NCBI GenBank assembly: GCA_963675295.2
Contig: CAXXKJ010000002.1
Location: 2,368,001 to 2,432,000 of the forward strand
Length of the DNA stretch: 64,000 nucleotides
Reading direction: 5' to 3'
Origin: a bacterium
GTDB taxonomy: Bacteria > Electryoneota > Electryoneia > Electryoneales > Electryoneaceae
A model generated the notes under the pieces. It did no database searches and was not told the DNA's origin. It saw only the letters and a list, made by a program, of their open reading frames with translations. Positions 38,385 through 47,742 of this stretch are shown piece by piece. The translations under genes were made by a program, and so were the position numbers. Numbering within the stretch: the stretch's first letter is position 1; every line of letters begins with the position of its first letter.

Positions 38385-41318
38385 ATGGTTCGTGGTCTCC
38401 TGGCGGCAGCGCTTGTGATGCTTATTGCCGGTCAGGCGAGCGCACGACTCTATCCCTCAGAGTTTCGCTGGATGGAATTCCGTTCCGGCAATGTGCTGGT
38501 CTATTACCCGCAGGGGTATGACTCGCATGCGAAGATGCTTGCGCTCAGCGGGCATACGTGGCTCGACAGCCTCGATTCGTGGTACGAGACCCGTCCGAAC
38601 TACGCGCGCATCGTGCTCAATCCGGAGAAGGACCGCAGCGAGGCGATGGCGGTGATCAACCCGACCCGGATCGAGTTGCCGATCGCGCCGGTGCTGGACA
38701 AGGGGATTCGTCCACAGGGCTCGCTGTACCTCGATCGTGTCACCGCGCACGAGTTGACGCATGTGTACCAGATGGGGCTGCGTACCGGAATCAGCCGCTA
38801 CTTGTGGCCAGTGTTCGGCGAGGCGATTGCTCCGGCGGCGCTGGCACCGGACTGGTTGCTTGAGGGGCAGGCGATCTGGACGGAATCGGTGGATGGCGGT
38901 GGACGGCTCCATTCGTCGTACCAGAGCATGATCATGCGTACGCAACTGGCGCAGCATGGCAAATTCTGGCCATTAGACCGCAATGCCGCAGCCGGACGAG
39001 TGAACCCGCCATTGAACCGGGCGTACACGGGCGGCGCGTTCCTGTACGGGTCGATGGCGTCCGAGTACCTCGGGTACCGTCACATCAACGATCTGATGGC
39101 GGAGCAGGCAGCGTGGCCCGGGTTGATGGATTGGAACTTCCGCCGCGCCTACATCGGCCGTACGGTCAGCGATCACTGGACCGCGATGGAGCGGGCGTGG
39201 CGTGACCAGCTTCGTCCCCGGATGCAGCGGCTGTATCAGTTGGGGTATGCGGTCGGGACACGATTGCTCGAGGCTCCGCGTACGTCCTACCGCCACCCGC
39301 AATGGACGGTCGAAGGCGAACTGGTGGTAAGCGAGGATTCATATGATCGCCCTAACCGTGTGGTGATGCTGTCGCAGGGGCCGGACTATGCTGAACGGCC
39401 GGTCGCGTGGACGGGATATTCGGCGCATGAGGGCGTGTCGCCGTTCCTCGAAGGGGTGATCGTGTCGGAGATCCGGCGTGACCTGTGGACGGCGGAGAAA
39501 ACGGAATCGGTGCTGGTGCTGGTGACCCGGGATGGACGTGTCAGCGACATGGCGGAGGGTGGCCTCAACGGTTGGGCGCCGGCGTTTCACACCGAATCGA
39601 TGCGATTGGCCTACGTCGGTCCACTTGAGGGCGGAGGCATGGGGCTGTGGGTCGCACCGCTGGGCATCAACGGCAAGGTGACGGGCGAAGCGGTGCTGCA
39701 CATGAGCACGATCCTCGGCTCAATCAACGACCCGGCGTGGAGCCAGGATGGCAAGCTGCTCGCGTTCGCGGCGGATCTTGGCGAAGGCGAGGCTGTGTAC
39801 GTGCTCGAGCTGGCGAAGCACAAAATGACGCGGGTCCGGATCGAGGGAGCGAATGCAACGTGGGATCCATCGTTCGGGCCGGGACGGAACTTGTGGGTGT
39901 CGGCGGACCGGGACGGCATCTTCAACCTGTACGAAGTCGAGCTGGATTCCGTTAGCGCGACAAAACGCACACGTGTGATCACCGGCGCAATGGAACCGGC
40001 GGTGTCTGCGGATGGCAGCCGTGTCGCGTATTCGCACTATACCAGCGACGGATTCTCGACGGCGTTGCTGGATTCCTCCCGTTGGTTGAACGATCCGGCG
40101 GGTGTGCAGGTGGAAGCGATCTCGGTGGCGGCGTTCGCAGAGCAGGATTCGTTGTTGAATCCCGTCGTGTTCGGGGAAACGTGGACCTATTCACCGCTGT
40201 CGCACCTGAAACCGAACTACGCGATGCCGGTCTACGCCAACGGCGACGAGGCCGGGGTCGGGCTCAGCGTGTACGGACGCGATCCAGTCGGGTTGCTGTC
40301 GTGGAGTGTGACGAGCCGGTTGGGCCTGGAATCTTCCCAACCGGATCTTGCTGCGACGGTCACCTATCGCGACCTGCCGGTGGATGTGTCGTTAAGCGTG
40401 ATTAACTACCCCGATGAATATCCGGAGTGGTCGCGGGCGACGGACGGAAACGGAAACCCGGTCGCGGTGCGGGACTATGTCTGGAAACGGCAGTGGGATT
40501 CCGGGTTGACCGCGTATCAGCCAATGTACTTCGACCACGGCCCGTGGCGAACCTCGGCGGTCCCGTTCGCCGGGCTGACCCATCGCATGCGCTACATCCA
40601 GACATCGCTCGATAAGGGCCTGGAAACGGCCGGGTATCTCGGAATCCGGCTGGGTGGAACGGTGACGCGGTATTTCTCGGCGTTACGAGATCCGGTACCG
40701 AGCCACCTGGAGTCGTTCCGGGTGATGGCGGAGGGCAATCTGCCCGGCCCGGAGCTTGAGGCGGAACTGCTGGAACTCAGCGCGCGCAAGCATGTGCCGG
40801 GACCGTTCACGAGCACGGTGTTCTCGTTCCGGGCGGCGGCGCAGATCCGGAATGGAGACCTGGACTTTTCGCGCTCGAGCGTGCGTCCGCGCGGCTACAG
40901 CGACGATAGCCTGCCGACGGCGTTGAAGGCCAACGGACGGATGGCGCTGGCCGGTGCGGAGTTTCATTTCCCGCTGTTGTATGTCGATCGTGGCTGGCCG
41001 GGATCGGGAACCATCTTTGTCGAACGGTTGACCGGATCGGTGTTCGCGGACGGCGCTACCGGCTGGGGCGGGGATTTGTCGATACCGGACTGGGCGGATG
41101 AGTATGGTGTTGCATCGTTTGGCGCAACGGTCGGCTTGCGCGGCTACCTGCTGTTCCAGGCGGAAACGCAGGTCGATGTGGGGGTTGCGTGGCGCACCGA
41201 ATACCAGAACGCGGCGGTGTTTGTCAACCTCAGCTTCCCGGAATTGTTTGCATTTGTCAACGATGCGCCTGACTGGCGGGATCTGACCCGTCGTCCCGCA
41301 CGGGGAGTGGGGCATTGA
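38385..41318 (+). CDS. Exported multidomain protein: zincin-like (HExxH) + TolB/PD40 propeller + Omp85-like barrel
   Basis: Signal peptide; AHELTH and WLLEGQA; PAWSQDGK, PSFGP, PAVSADG; C-terminal amphipathic strands with PRGY; ORF open from 38325. Confidence 0.7.
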   Translation: MVRGLLAAALVMLIAGQASARLYPSEFRWMEFRSGNVLVYYPQGYDSHAKMLALSGHTWLDSLDSWYETRPNYARIVLNPEKDRSEAMAVINPTRIELPIAPVLDKGIRPQGSLYLDRVTAHELTHVYQMGLRTGISRYLWPVFGEAIAPAALAPDWLLEGQAIWTESVDGGGRLHSSYQSMIMRTQLAQHGKFWPLDRNAAAGRVNPPLNRAYTGGAFLYGSMASEYLGYRHINDLMAEQAAWPGLMDWNFRRAYIGRTVSDHWTAMERAWRDQLRPRMQRLYQLGYAVGTRLLEAPRTSYRHPQWTVEGELVVSEDSYDRPNRVVMLSQGPDYAERPVAWTGYSAHEGVSPFLEGVIVSEIRRDLWTAEKTESVLVLVTRDGRVSDMAEGGLNGWAPAFHTESMRLAYVGPLEGGGMGLWVAPLGINGKVTGEAVLHMSTILGSINDPAWSQDGKLLAFAADLGEGEAVYVLELAKHKMTRVRIEGANATWDPSFGPGRNLWVSADRDGIFNLYEVELDSVSATKRTRVITGAMEPAVSADGSRVAYSHYTSDGFSTALLDSSRWLNDPAGVQVEAISVAAFAEQDSLLNPVVFGETWTYSPLSHLKPNYAMPVYANGDEAGVGLSVYGRDPVGLLSWSVTSRLGLESSQPDLAATVTYRDLPVDVSLSVINYPDEYPEWSRATDGNGNPVAVRDYVWKRQWDSGLTAYQPMYFDHGPWRTSAVPFAGLTHRMRYIQTSLDKGLETAGYLGIRLGGTVTRYFSALRDPVPSHLESFRVMAEGNLPGPELEAELLELSARKHVPGPFTSTVFSFRAAAQIRNGDLDFSRSSVRPRGYSDDSLPTALKANGRMALAGAEFHFPLLYVDRGWPGSGTIFVERLTGSVFADGATGWGGDLSIPDWADEYGVASFGATVGLRGYLLFQAETQVDVGVAWRTEYQNAAVFVNLSFPELFAFVNDAPDWRDLTRRPARGVGH

Positions 41319-41329
41319 ACGGCAGGTGT

Positions 41330-41492
41330 GAGTGATGAGTGGTGAGTAAAAGACAGTCTTGAGTCCTGAGTCTTGAGTCTTGAGAAAAAACGAAAGACAA
41401 TGACCACAGACTACAGGCCACAGGCCACAGGCCACAGACCACAGACCAAAGACCAAAGACCAAAGACCAAAGACCAAAGACCAAAGATAAAA
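41330..41492. repeat. Heptamer tandem array K
   Basis: GAGTGRT x2, GAGTCYT x3, GRCYACA x6, GACCAAA x6. Confidence 0.95.
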
Positions 41493-41575
41493 CCACCATT
41501 CCGGGGTGAGTTGGACGGGTTTCAGACTGCGAATCGTATCGTAATCCCCGGAGATTAGACGATGATGCCAACCGG

Positions 41576-41716
41576 GTCATTCTGACGCCGCGTCTGTGTT
41601 CGGCGGAAGAAGAGCCAGCTTATCAACCAGCAGGCCTGATAATCGCAGATGACCATTCAGTCCACCTGAGCGAATCAGGCTCTTCCTCACGTCGCTTCGT
41701 TCCGTTCGGAATGACG
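41576..41716. repeat. Inverted pair of GTCATTC-ended REP/MITE-like arms
   Basis: Left arm GTCATTCTGA...GAAGAGCC (41576-41616); right arm GGCTCTTC...TCGGAATGACG (41678-41716). Confidence 0.7.
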
Positions 41717-41808
41717 CATCCAGGAATCAACCACTTGTCTGGAAACGAAATGCCGCGCTTGCAGATTGCGAGCACGGCACAATACTCCCTGGATTGATAA
41801 CCCAAGCC

Positions 41809-42705
41809 TCATCCACCAGCCTGCCGTCTCCGGCTGTCGAGCATCAGCAGCAGCAGGGCGCGAACCAGACGGGCGGCGAGCACGGTGCTGCGTCCGGTGA
41901 GGTCGGCGTCCGGCAGCAGCTCGACGACATCCGCCGCGGCAATGTGTTTGTCCTTTAGCAGCGTCAGCCAGCGCGAAACATCTTTCCACGCCATCCCGCC
42001 TGCTTCCGGTGTGCCGGTGCCCGGGGCTTCCGCCGGGTCGAACCCGTCAAAGTCGAATGTGAGGTAGATCGGCCGGTCGCCGAGTTTGGCCAACGCGGCG
42101 TTGAAACCGTCATCGGTAGCGTCGAAGAGCAGGTTGCCCTGTTTCGCCAGCTCGAACTCGTCCTTCATGCCGGAACGGATGCCGACCATCGCGATCTTGT
42201 CCGGGCCGATGAGGTCGTAAATGCGGCGGGTGACGCAGGCGTGTGAATACTGCGTGCCGCCGTACATATCGCGCAGGTCGGTGTGGGCGTCGAAGACGAG
42301 CAGACCGAGGTCGGGTTCACGTTTCAGTGCGTGCTCGAACAACGGAAGCGTGACGGTGTGCTCACCACCAAGGCCGAAGACGGGGACATGAGCTGGGAGC
42401 GTGGCTAGTCCAAGCCGGGCTTGCTCAACGAACTCGAGGGCGTCCATGCCGAATTCGACGGCGAGGTCGCCAAGGTCGGCGTACTCGCAGGTGTCGAGGT
42501 CGAGATCGAGTGTCGGATCGTAGGTCTCGAGGTTTCCGTCTGATGCGGCGCGGATCTGGTCCGGCGCGAAACGTTGGCCCGAACGGTAGGACGCTGTCCC
42601 ATCGTAGGGCAGGCCGACGATAACGCCAAGAGCGTCCTCCGCGATGGCGGGGGACGCTCCGATATAGCCGAGTCGCTGAAACATGGGAATCGGTTTCGGG
42701 GACAT
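41809..42705 (-). CDS. speB: Agmatinase (ureohydrolase)
   Basis: PYDGTASYRSG, GGEHTVT, DAHTDLR, DFDGFDP..PGTGTPEAGG. Confidence 0.93.
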   Translation of the reverse strand: MSPKPIPMFQRLGYIGASPAIAEDALGVIVGLPYDGTASYRSGQRFAPDQIRAASDGNLETYDPTLDLDLDTCEYADLGDLAVEFGMDALEFVEQARLGLATLPAHVPVFGLGGEHTVTLPLFEHALKREPDLGLLVFDAHTDLRDMYGGTQYSHACVTRRIYDLIGPDKIAMVGIRSGMKDEFELAKQGNLLFDATDDGFNAALAKLGDRPIYLTFDFDGFDPAEAPGTGTPEAGGMAWKDVSRWLTLLKDKHIAAADVVELLPDADLTGRSTVLAARLVRALLLLMLDSRRRQAGG

Positions 42706-42708
42706 GGA

Positions 42709-43584
42709 TTAGAGCAGCTTTCTGCGCAACCAGTTCGGCATGCCGAAGCTGGAGGCATGAGTTTCACGGCTCCAGTGCTTGGAGTCGCGCTCGATGAGCA
42801 GCGCGCGTTCTTCGTTTACCGTATCGAGGTCCGGCCCCTTGCTGACCAGCGCGAAGCCCCAGACGCCGCTGGGGTACATCTGCACCGGGGCGGTGTAGGG
42901 ACGCGCCTGCGGGAAGATCTTCTCCAGGCGCTTGATCACCGTAACGAGGTGGTCGTTGTGGAAAGTCGGGTCGGCGATCTGACTGGCCATGACGCCATCC
43001 TCGGTCAACGCCCGCTTGATGTCGTTGTAGAATGGTTCCTCGAACAGAGGGACGGCAGGTCCGACCGGATCGGTCGAATCAACAAGAATCACATCCCAGC
43101 TGCCCGGTTCGGTGTCGCGGACATACGCCAACCCGTCGCCGATAACCAGGTCCACGCGCGGGTCATCGTACGCTTTCGCCATCGTCGGGAGGTACTCTTT
43201 CGCGATACGTACGACTTCGTCATCGATTTCGACCTGACAGGCGACCTCGACTTCCGGGTGGCGCAGCACCTCGCGAAGCGTGCCGCCGTCCCCACCGCCG
43301 ATAACGAGCACGCGGCGTGGGTTCGGGCTGATCAGCATCGCCGAATGGACGAGAGCGTCATGGTACTGGCTCTCGAAACGTTCGGTGAGCATCACGGCGC
43401 CGTCATGAACGAGCAGTTTGCCGTCGCCCTCGGTTTCGTAAAGGTCGATCTGCTGGTACTCGGTTTTCACCGACTCGAGCATGCGGGTGATCTTCCACGT
43501 CAGGCCAACACCGGTGTCAGACCATTCGGTGAAAGTGTGCCACGCTTCGGTCGGTTCCATCAGGGATGTTTTTTCGTCGCTCAT
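42709..43584 (-). CDS. speE: Spermidine synthase (aminopropyltransferase)
   Basis: VLVIGGGDGGTLREV, VEID, DVILVDSTDP, YPSGVW. Confidence 0.95.
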   Translation of the reverse strand: MSDEKTSLMEPTEAWHTFTEWSDTGVGLTWKITRMLESVKTEYQQIDLYETEGDGKLLVHDGAVMLTERFESQYHDALVHSAMLISPNPRRVLVIGGGDGGTLREVLRHPEVEVACQVEIDDEVVRIAKEYLPTMAKAYDDPRVDLVIGDGLAYVRDTEPGSWDVILVDSTDPVGPAVPLFEEPFYNDIKRALTEDGVMASQIADPTFHNDHLVTVIKRLEKIFPQARPYTAPVQMYPSGVWGFALVSKGPDLDTVNEERALLIERDSKHWSRETHASSFGMPNWLRRKLL

Positions 43585-43606
43585 CGTTACCGGTTGAGGT
43601 TTCAGG

Positions 43607-44086
43607 TCAGTCTTCATCGTAGCCAAAGATGACGGCGGCATAGACCGCGCCTATATTTTCGACGCGATGCTCCACCGAAATCGAGAGAATTTCTTTCAGT
43701 TCACGATCCCGGATTCGGAACGCCTCCGCGGCCATGTCGCGCACGATGGCTTCCGCGTTCTCGGCGTTACCGCGTGCGGAATACTCCATGATCACGCCCG
43801 GCAGGGTATCGTCAACCGGCACCGCGACCGCGACCGCACCGGCGATGACTTCACCGGGGAGGCTGGAGTTCATCGACGCATAGGCCGTGGGAGTCAGCGA
43901 CCCGTACGGTGGCTGGAACGGAGCAACTTGTTCGCAGTTCGGCGGGAGAATGCTCGACAGCTTGACCAGGTTGCAGTCAGCCACGCCGGCCTTTCCAAGC
44001 GCGGCGTCGAATGCGTTCAGCGGGGTATGTCCCTCGGACGCGCCGGCCGCGAGGAAGAATTTCGTCGGAGTCGGAATACTCTTCAT
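43607..44086 (-). CDS. pdaD: Pyruvoyl-dependent arginine decarboxylase
   Basis: LNAFDAAL...NLVKLSSILPP self-cleavage site. Confidence 0.92.
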   Translation of the reverse strand: MKSIPTPTKFFLAAGASEGHTPLNAFDAALGKAGVADCNLVKLSSILPPNCEQVAPFQPPYGSLTPTAYASMNSSLPGEVIAGAVAVAVPVDDTLPGVIMEYSARGNAENAEAIVRDMAAEAFRIRDRELKEILSISVEHRVENIGAVYAAVIFGYDED

Positions 44087-44097
44087 GATCGTATCCC

Positions 44098-44520
44098 TCA
44101 GGCCGCGTGGACGCCGTTGACCATCTGCTCCGGGGCGGGCTTATGCAGCGCGCGTCCGCTCGGATCCGCGAGCAGGCCACGCTTCATCTCGCTGATGGAG
44201 ACGTTGCCAGCGCCGAGGACGGTTTTGAGGTATTCGAAACCCTTGTACGGGTCGACCTCTTCGCCGCAGGTAAACAGATCCACCGCCGCGTAACCGTATT
44301 CCGGCCACGTGTGGATCGCGAGGTGCGACTCGGAGATCACCACCACGCCGCTGACGCCGTGCGGGCTGAAGTGATGGAACACTTTTTCGACCACGGTCGC
44401 GCCGCTGATCAGGGCGGCATCTTCCATCACATGGGAAATCCCGTCCACATCGTTGAGGATGTCGGGATTGCAGTTGTAGAACTCGACCATCAGCTGACGG
44501 CCCAGGGCCTTCGTTTTCAC
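44098..44520 (-). CDS. speD: S-adenosylmethionine decarboxylase proenzyme (SpeH-type)
   Basis: [36 protein letters not shown]; GTG start 9 nt after GGGAGG. Confidence 0.95.
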   Translation of the reverse strand: MKTKALGRQLMVEFYNCNPDILNDVDGISHVMEDAALISGATVVEKVFHHFSPHGVSGVVVISESHLAIHTWPEYGYAAVDLFTCGEEVDPYKGFEYLKTVLGAGNVSISEMKRGLLADPSGRALHKPAPEQMVNGVHAA

Positions 44521-44608
44521 CTCAGTGTACCTCCCGTTGCCGGCGCAAGCGCCGACGGTGTTTGACCTACAGGCCACCCGCCACGAGGGCGGCATGGTTG
44601 TTCAACAG

Positions 44609-45151
44609 CTAGAAGTACGGTGGGCTGGTAACCCAGAGAAACTCCACCGGACGTTTGTTTTTGTTTTCGAGCTCAAGGGTGTGTGTGCCCTCGGCGTAGA
44701 ACGAATCGCCGGCTTTCGCCCGGAATTGCTGTGAACTGACGGACAACCGCAACTCGCCCCGGAGGATGTAGCCGAACTGTTCGCCGCTGAAAGGAGGCAT
44801 CTCGACGGTTTGTCCCTCTTCGAGCAGTACCTTGACCGGCTCCATCGTGCGATTGGCGGCGCCGGAGACGAGGCTTTCGAACTTTTCAACGCCGTCACGT
44901 TCCAGCAGCACCGCATCCTTCGCTTTGAACACGATCTGTTCCTGCTCCTGACGGAAGAAGTCGGAGATGTGTACGTTGAGCGCGTTGAGGATCATCAGCA
45001 GGCTGTCGATGGAAATTGAGGTCTTGCCCCGTTCCACCTGACTGATGAAGCCCGCGGTCAAGTCAGACCGTTCCGCCAGGTCTTCCTGTGTCATCTCCGC
45101 GGCCTTGCGCAGCCTGCGGATACGACTTCCGATTCTCGCCAGTTCTTCCAT
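44609..45151 (-). CDS. XRE-family HTH + cupin transcriptional regulator (PuuR-like)
   Basis: IRRLRK..TQEDLAERSDLTAGFISQVERG; cupin GEQFGYILRG..AGDSFY; WVTSPPYF. Confidence 0.88.
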   Translation of the reverse strand: MEELARIGSRIRRLRKAAEMTQEDLAERSDLTAGFISQVERGKTSISIDSLLMILNALNVHISDFFRQEQEQIVFKAKDAVLLERDGVEKFESLVSGAANRTMEPVKVLLEEGQTVEMPPFSGEQFGYILRGELRLSVSSQQFRAKAGDSFYAEGTHTLELENKNKRPVEFLWVTSPPYF

Positions 45152-45491
45152 GCAGTATACTTAAAAAAAGTTCCTTGTTTACTAGCAGGGCGGAAATGTA
45201 TATCGGTTCTCTAACCCCGGCAAGAGTCAAGTGAACTCTGGGAGTACGCCGATCTTCGGTCATACTCCGGACAGTTCAAATTTCCAGCACTTTCGCTACA
45301 GCGATCATAAAAGAAAACCTGCAGGATGATGCTGAATTTCTTATCAGTGAGGCGTTGGATGCGTTGTACGAGGGAAGGTTGCTCCGGTTCCCGAGACGTT
45401 GCATGGAGCGGGGCATTTGATTGCGTTCTGGATGGTGACTTGGATATCCTGATGCCGGGGGATATCACTCAAACCGCGAGGAGGACAGGGC

Positions 45492-45986
45492 ATGGCGGAG
45501 GTAAACCCGGTTCCGGATGGATTCCACACCGTATCCGCGCACATGGTGATCAAGGGCGCGAAAGAAGCAATTGAGTATTATCAGGAGTTGTTCGAGGCGG
45601 AGGTGCTATTCTCAACGTTAATGCCGGACGGCGAAACGGTGATGAACGCCGAGATCCGCATCGGCGACTCGGTGATCATGATCGCGGATGAGATGCCGAT
45701 GATGAAATACTGGGTTTCACCGACTCAGTTGAACGGCACCACGGTCGGTCTGCATTTGTCGGTAGCGGATGTGGATACGTGGTTCACGCGTGCGGAGGCT
45801 GGCGGTGTCAAGGTGCTGATACCGCCGACGGACATGTTCTGGGGGCACCGGTACTGCCAGTTCATCGACAAGTTCGGGCATGCGTGGTCAATCGCGACGA
45901 AGGTGGAAGACGTGAGCGAAGATGAGATCAATGAACGCGCGCGGCAATGGATGGAGCAGATGGCGCAGCAGGCGAAGCAGGATTGA
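45492..45986 (+). CDS. VOC/glyoxalase (PhnB-like) protein
   Basis: AIEYY..LFEA, IGDSVIMIADE, DMFWGHRY...DKFGHAW. Confidence 0.9.
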   Translation: MAEVNPVPDGFHTVSAHMVIKGAKEAIEYYQELFEAEVLFSTLMPDGETVMNAEIRIGDSVIMIADEMPMMKYWVSPTQLNGTTVGLHLSVADVDTWFTRAEAGGVKVLIPPTDMFWGHRYCQFIDKFGHAWSIATKVEDVSEDEINERARQWMEQMAQQAKQD

Positions 45987-46008
45987 GATTCAGCTGACCC
46001 TGATAAAT

Positions 46009-46038
46009 CAAAGCCCTCCCGGATCGGGGAGGGCTTTG
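46009..46038. terminator. Bidirectional terminator
   Basis: CAAAGCCCTCCC-GGATCG-GGGAGGGCTTTG between convergent genes. Confidence 0.85.
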
Positions 46039-46087
46039 TTGTGAGCAGCTGGTATCGGTGTGCCGCTGGAACAATGATCACGATTGA

Positions 46088-46930
46088 TTAGCCCGCCAGT
46101 TTCTTGCGGAAGCAGATCTGGGTGTAGATGATGTGAAAGCCCATGCGTTCGGCGTTGTGCTGTGATCCGGAGGACTGGCTGGCGTAGATCGTGGCGACTT
46201 CACAGCCGGCTTCCAGTGCGTCGTTGAACCGACGGTTGATCAGCGCGGTCTGGATGCCGCGCCGCCGAAACTGTGGCAGGGTGGACGCGCCGATCATCAA
46301 GCCGATTTCACCGAGCAGCGCGATCACCGCACCGCCGGCAGGTTCGCCGTTGTAGCGGGCGAGATACAATTTCGCTTCGGGCGAACCACGGTAGACCTTC
46401 ATCTGCTCCGGCGTGTCGGTATCCGGATCCTCGGCATCCGCAAGAAATCCCGCCGCAAAGGTTTCGCACCAGAGCTGGAACAGGTTGCTGTCCTCCGGAT
46501 CGACGGTCTCGAGGGAGATGCCGTCCGCTGGAGGGGCGAAGGTTTCGTTCGGGTCGAATGGCCGCAGCAACGCGTTGGTGAATTCCGACACGGTGTAGCC
46601 GCGCCGGATCAGCTGGTTCATCAGGCTGATGTCGGCGAGGGTGTTGAACTCGATGCACGGGTCCAACCCGCGCCGGCTGAACTCGTATTCGAGCGTGTCC
46701 AGATCCTCAGCGGTGATGGCCTGCTTCAGGCCGAGACCGTAGGTTCGGCTCCAGTACGCCGAGTTAGACGCGAAATTCATCACGCCGTCCGCGATCGGGA
46801 CAATCTGCGGGCCGTGGTGCGGGAACAGGCGTTCGCGTTCACGTCCGATCGCGTTGAAAAAGTTCAGGTGAACGGTGTCGAGATGCGCGACATCGTCCCG
46901 CTGCAGTGCGTGAGTGCGAAAGGACGGCAC
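46088..46930 (-). CDS. GNAT-family N-acetyltransferase
   Basis: ASTLPQFRRRGIQTAL (motif A), SQHNAERMGF. Confidence 0.88.
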   Translation of the reverse strand: MPSFRTHALQRDDVAHLDTVHLNFFNAIGRERERLFPHHGPQIVPIADGVMNFASNSAYWSRTYGLGLKQAITAEDLDTLEYEFSRRGLDPCIEFNTLADISLMNQLIRRGYTVSEFTNALLRPFDPNETFAPPADGISLETVDPEDSNLFQLWCETFAAGFLADAEDPDTDTPEQMKVYRGSPEAKLYLARYNGEPAGGAVIALLGEIGLMIGASTLPQFRRRGIQTALINRRFNDALEAGCEVATIYASQSSGSQHNAERMGFHIIYTQICFRKKLAG

Positions 46931-46967
46931 AGTTTCATTCCTTCCTGGTCAGCCGCAAGGCCGAGCC

Positions 46968-47573
46968 TTACTTCCGTGTGTAAATCAGTTCCATCACCTT
47001 GCTGTCGCCGAGACCATAGATCGGGTCGTGGACATCTCCGACGAAATTGTCTTCGTCGATGATGCGTAGGACGTATTTGACCGTCTTGCCGATTTCCCCG
47101 GTCATCGGCTCATCCATCAGGCCGTAGAAAATGTACGTGTTATTCTTTTCATCGAACACACCAGACATGGTTCCGATGGCGGTGGAGGTGTTGCTGATGC
47201 TGCTGCTGGTGTATTGCATCCGGAAGTTGTCGTAGCCGATGTAGCCGATACTCTGATACGGGCTGCCCATGAAGGAGCCGTCCACGGTTTCCTGGATGAA
47301 ACGTTCGCCCATGACCCACTTAAAGTTCGAAGAACCGGGGTAGTCGGCGGCTTCGGTGCCTGGGCCACCCATGAACATGCGGGCGGTGACGTCCCAGTCG
47401 CCGATAAAGTAGCCGAGGCGTTCGTGGTGTTCGCCCGGCGACATCATCTCCATATAGTTCTGCATCATCGCCATGTCTTCTTCGGACATCTGCATTTCGT
47501 CCTGAGCGAACCCGGCGGTTGAAAGCAGCAGCAACGCGAACAGACAGAGACCAAACGTGTGAATCGTATTCAT
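46968..47573 (-). CDS. Exported DUF1579-like protein
   Basis: Signal peptide, PGEHHERL..GDW, GYIGYDN, MELIYTRK. Confidence 0.75.
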   Translation of the reverse strand: MNTIHTFGLCLFALLLLSTAGFAQDEMQMSEEDMAMMQNYMEMMSPGEHHERLGYFIGDWDVTARMFMGGPGTEAADYPGSSNFKWVMGERFIQETVDGSFMGSPYQSIGYIGYDNFRMQYTSSSISNTSTAIGTMSGVFDEKNNTYIFYGLMDEPMTGEIGKTVKYVLRIIDEDNFVGDVHDPIYGLGDSKVMELIYTRK

Positions 47574-47695
47574 GGGGGACCCTTTCACTGAGTGAACATG
47601 TGATCAGAATAGACACGGGAATGTAGGCTCGGAAGGATGGCTGGACAACGGTGAACCGGGAATTGGGGAGAGAAGTCCAGCCGTGAAACTTAGCG

Positions 47696-47734
47696 GGCTC
47701 TTCCTCACTTCACTTCGTTCCGTTCGGAATGACG
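47696..47734. repeat. Second copy of the 39-bp REP-like arm
   Basis: 37/39 identical to 41678-41716. Confidence 0.85.
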
Positions 47735-47742
47735 TGTGGTTC

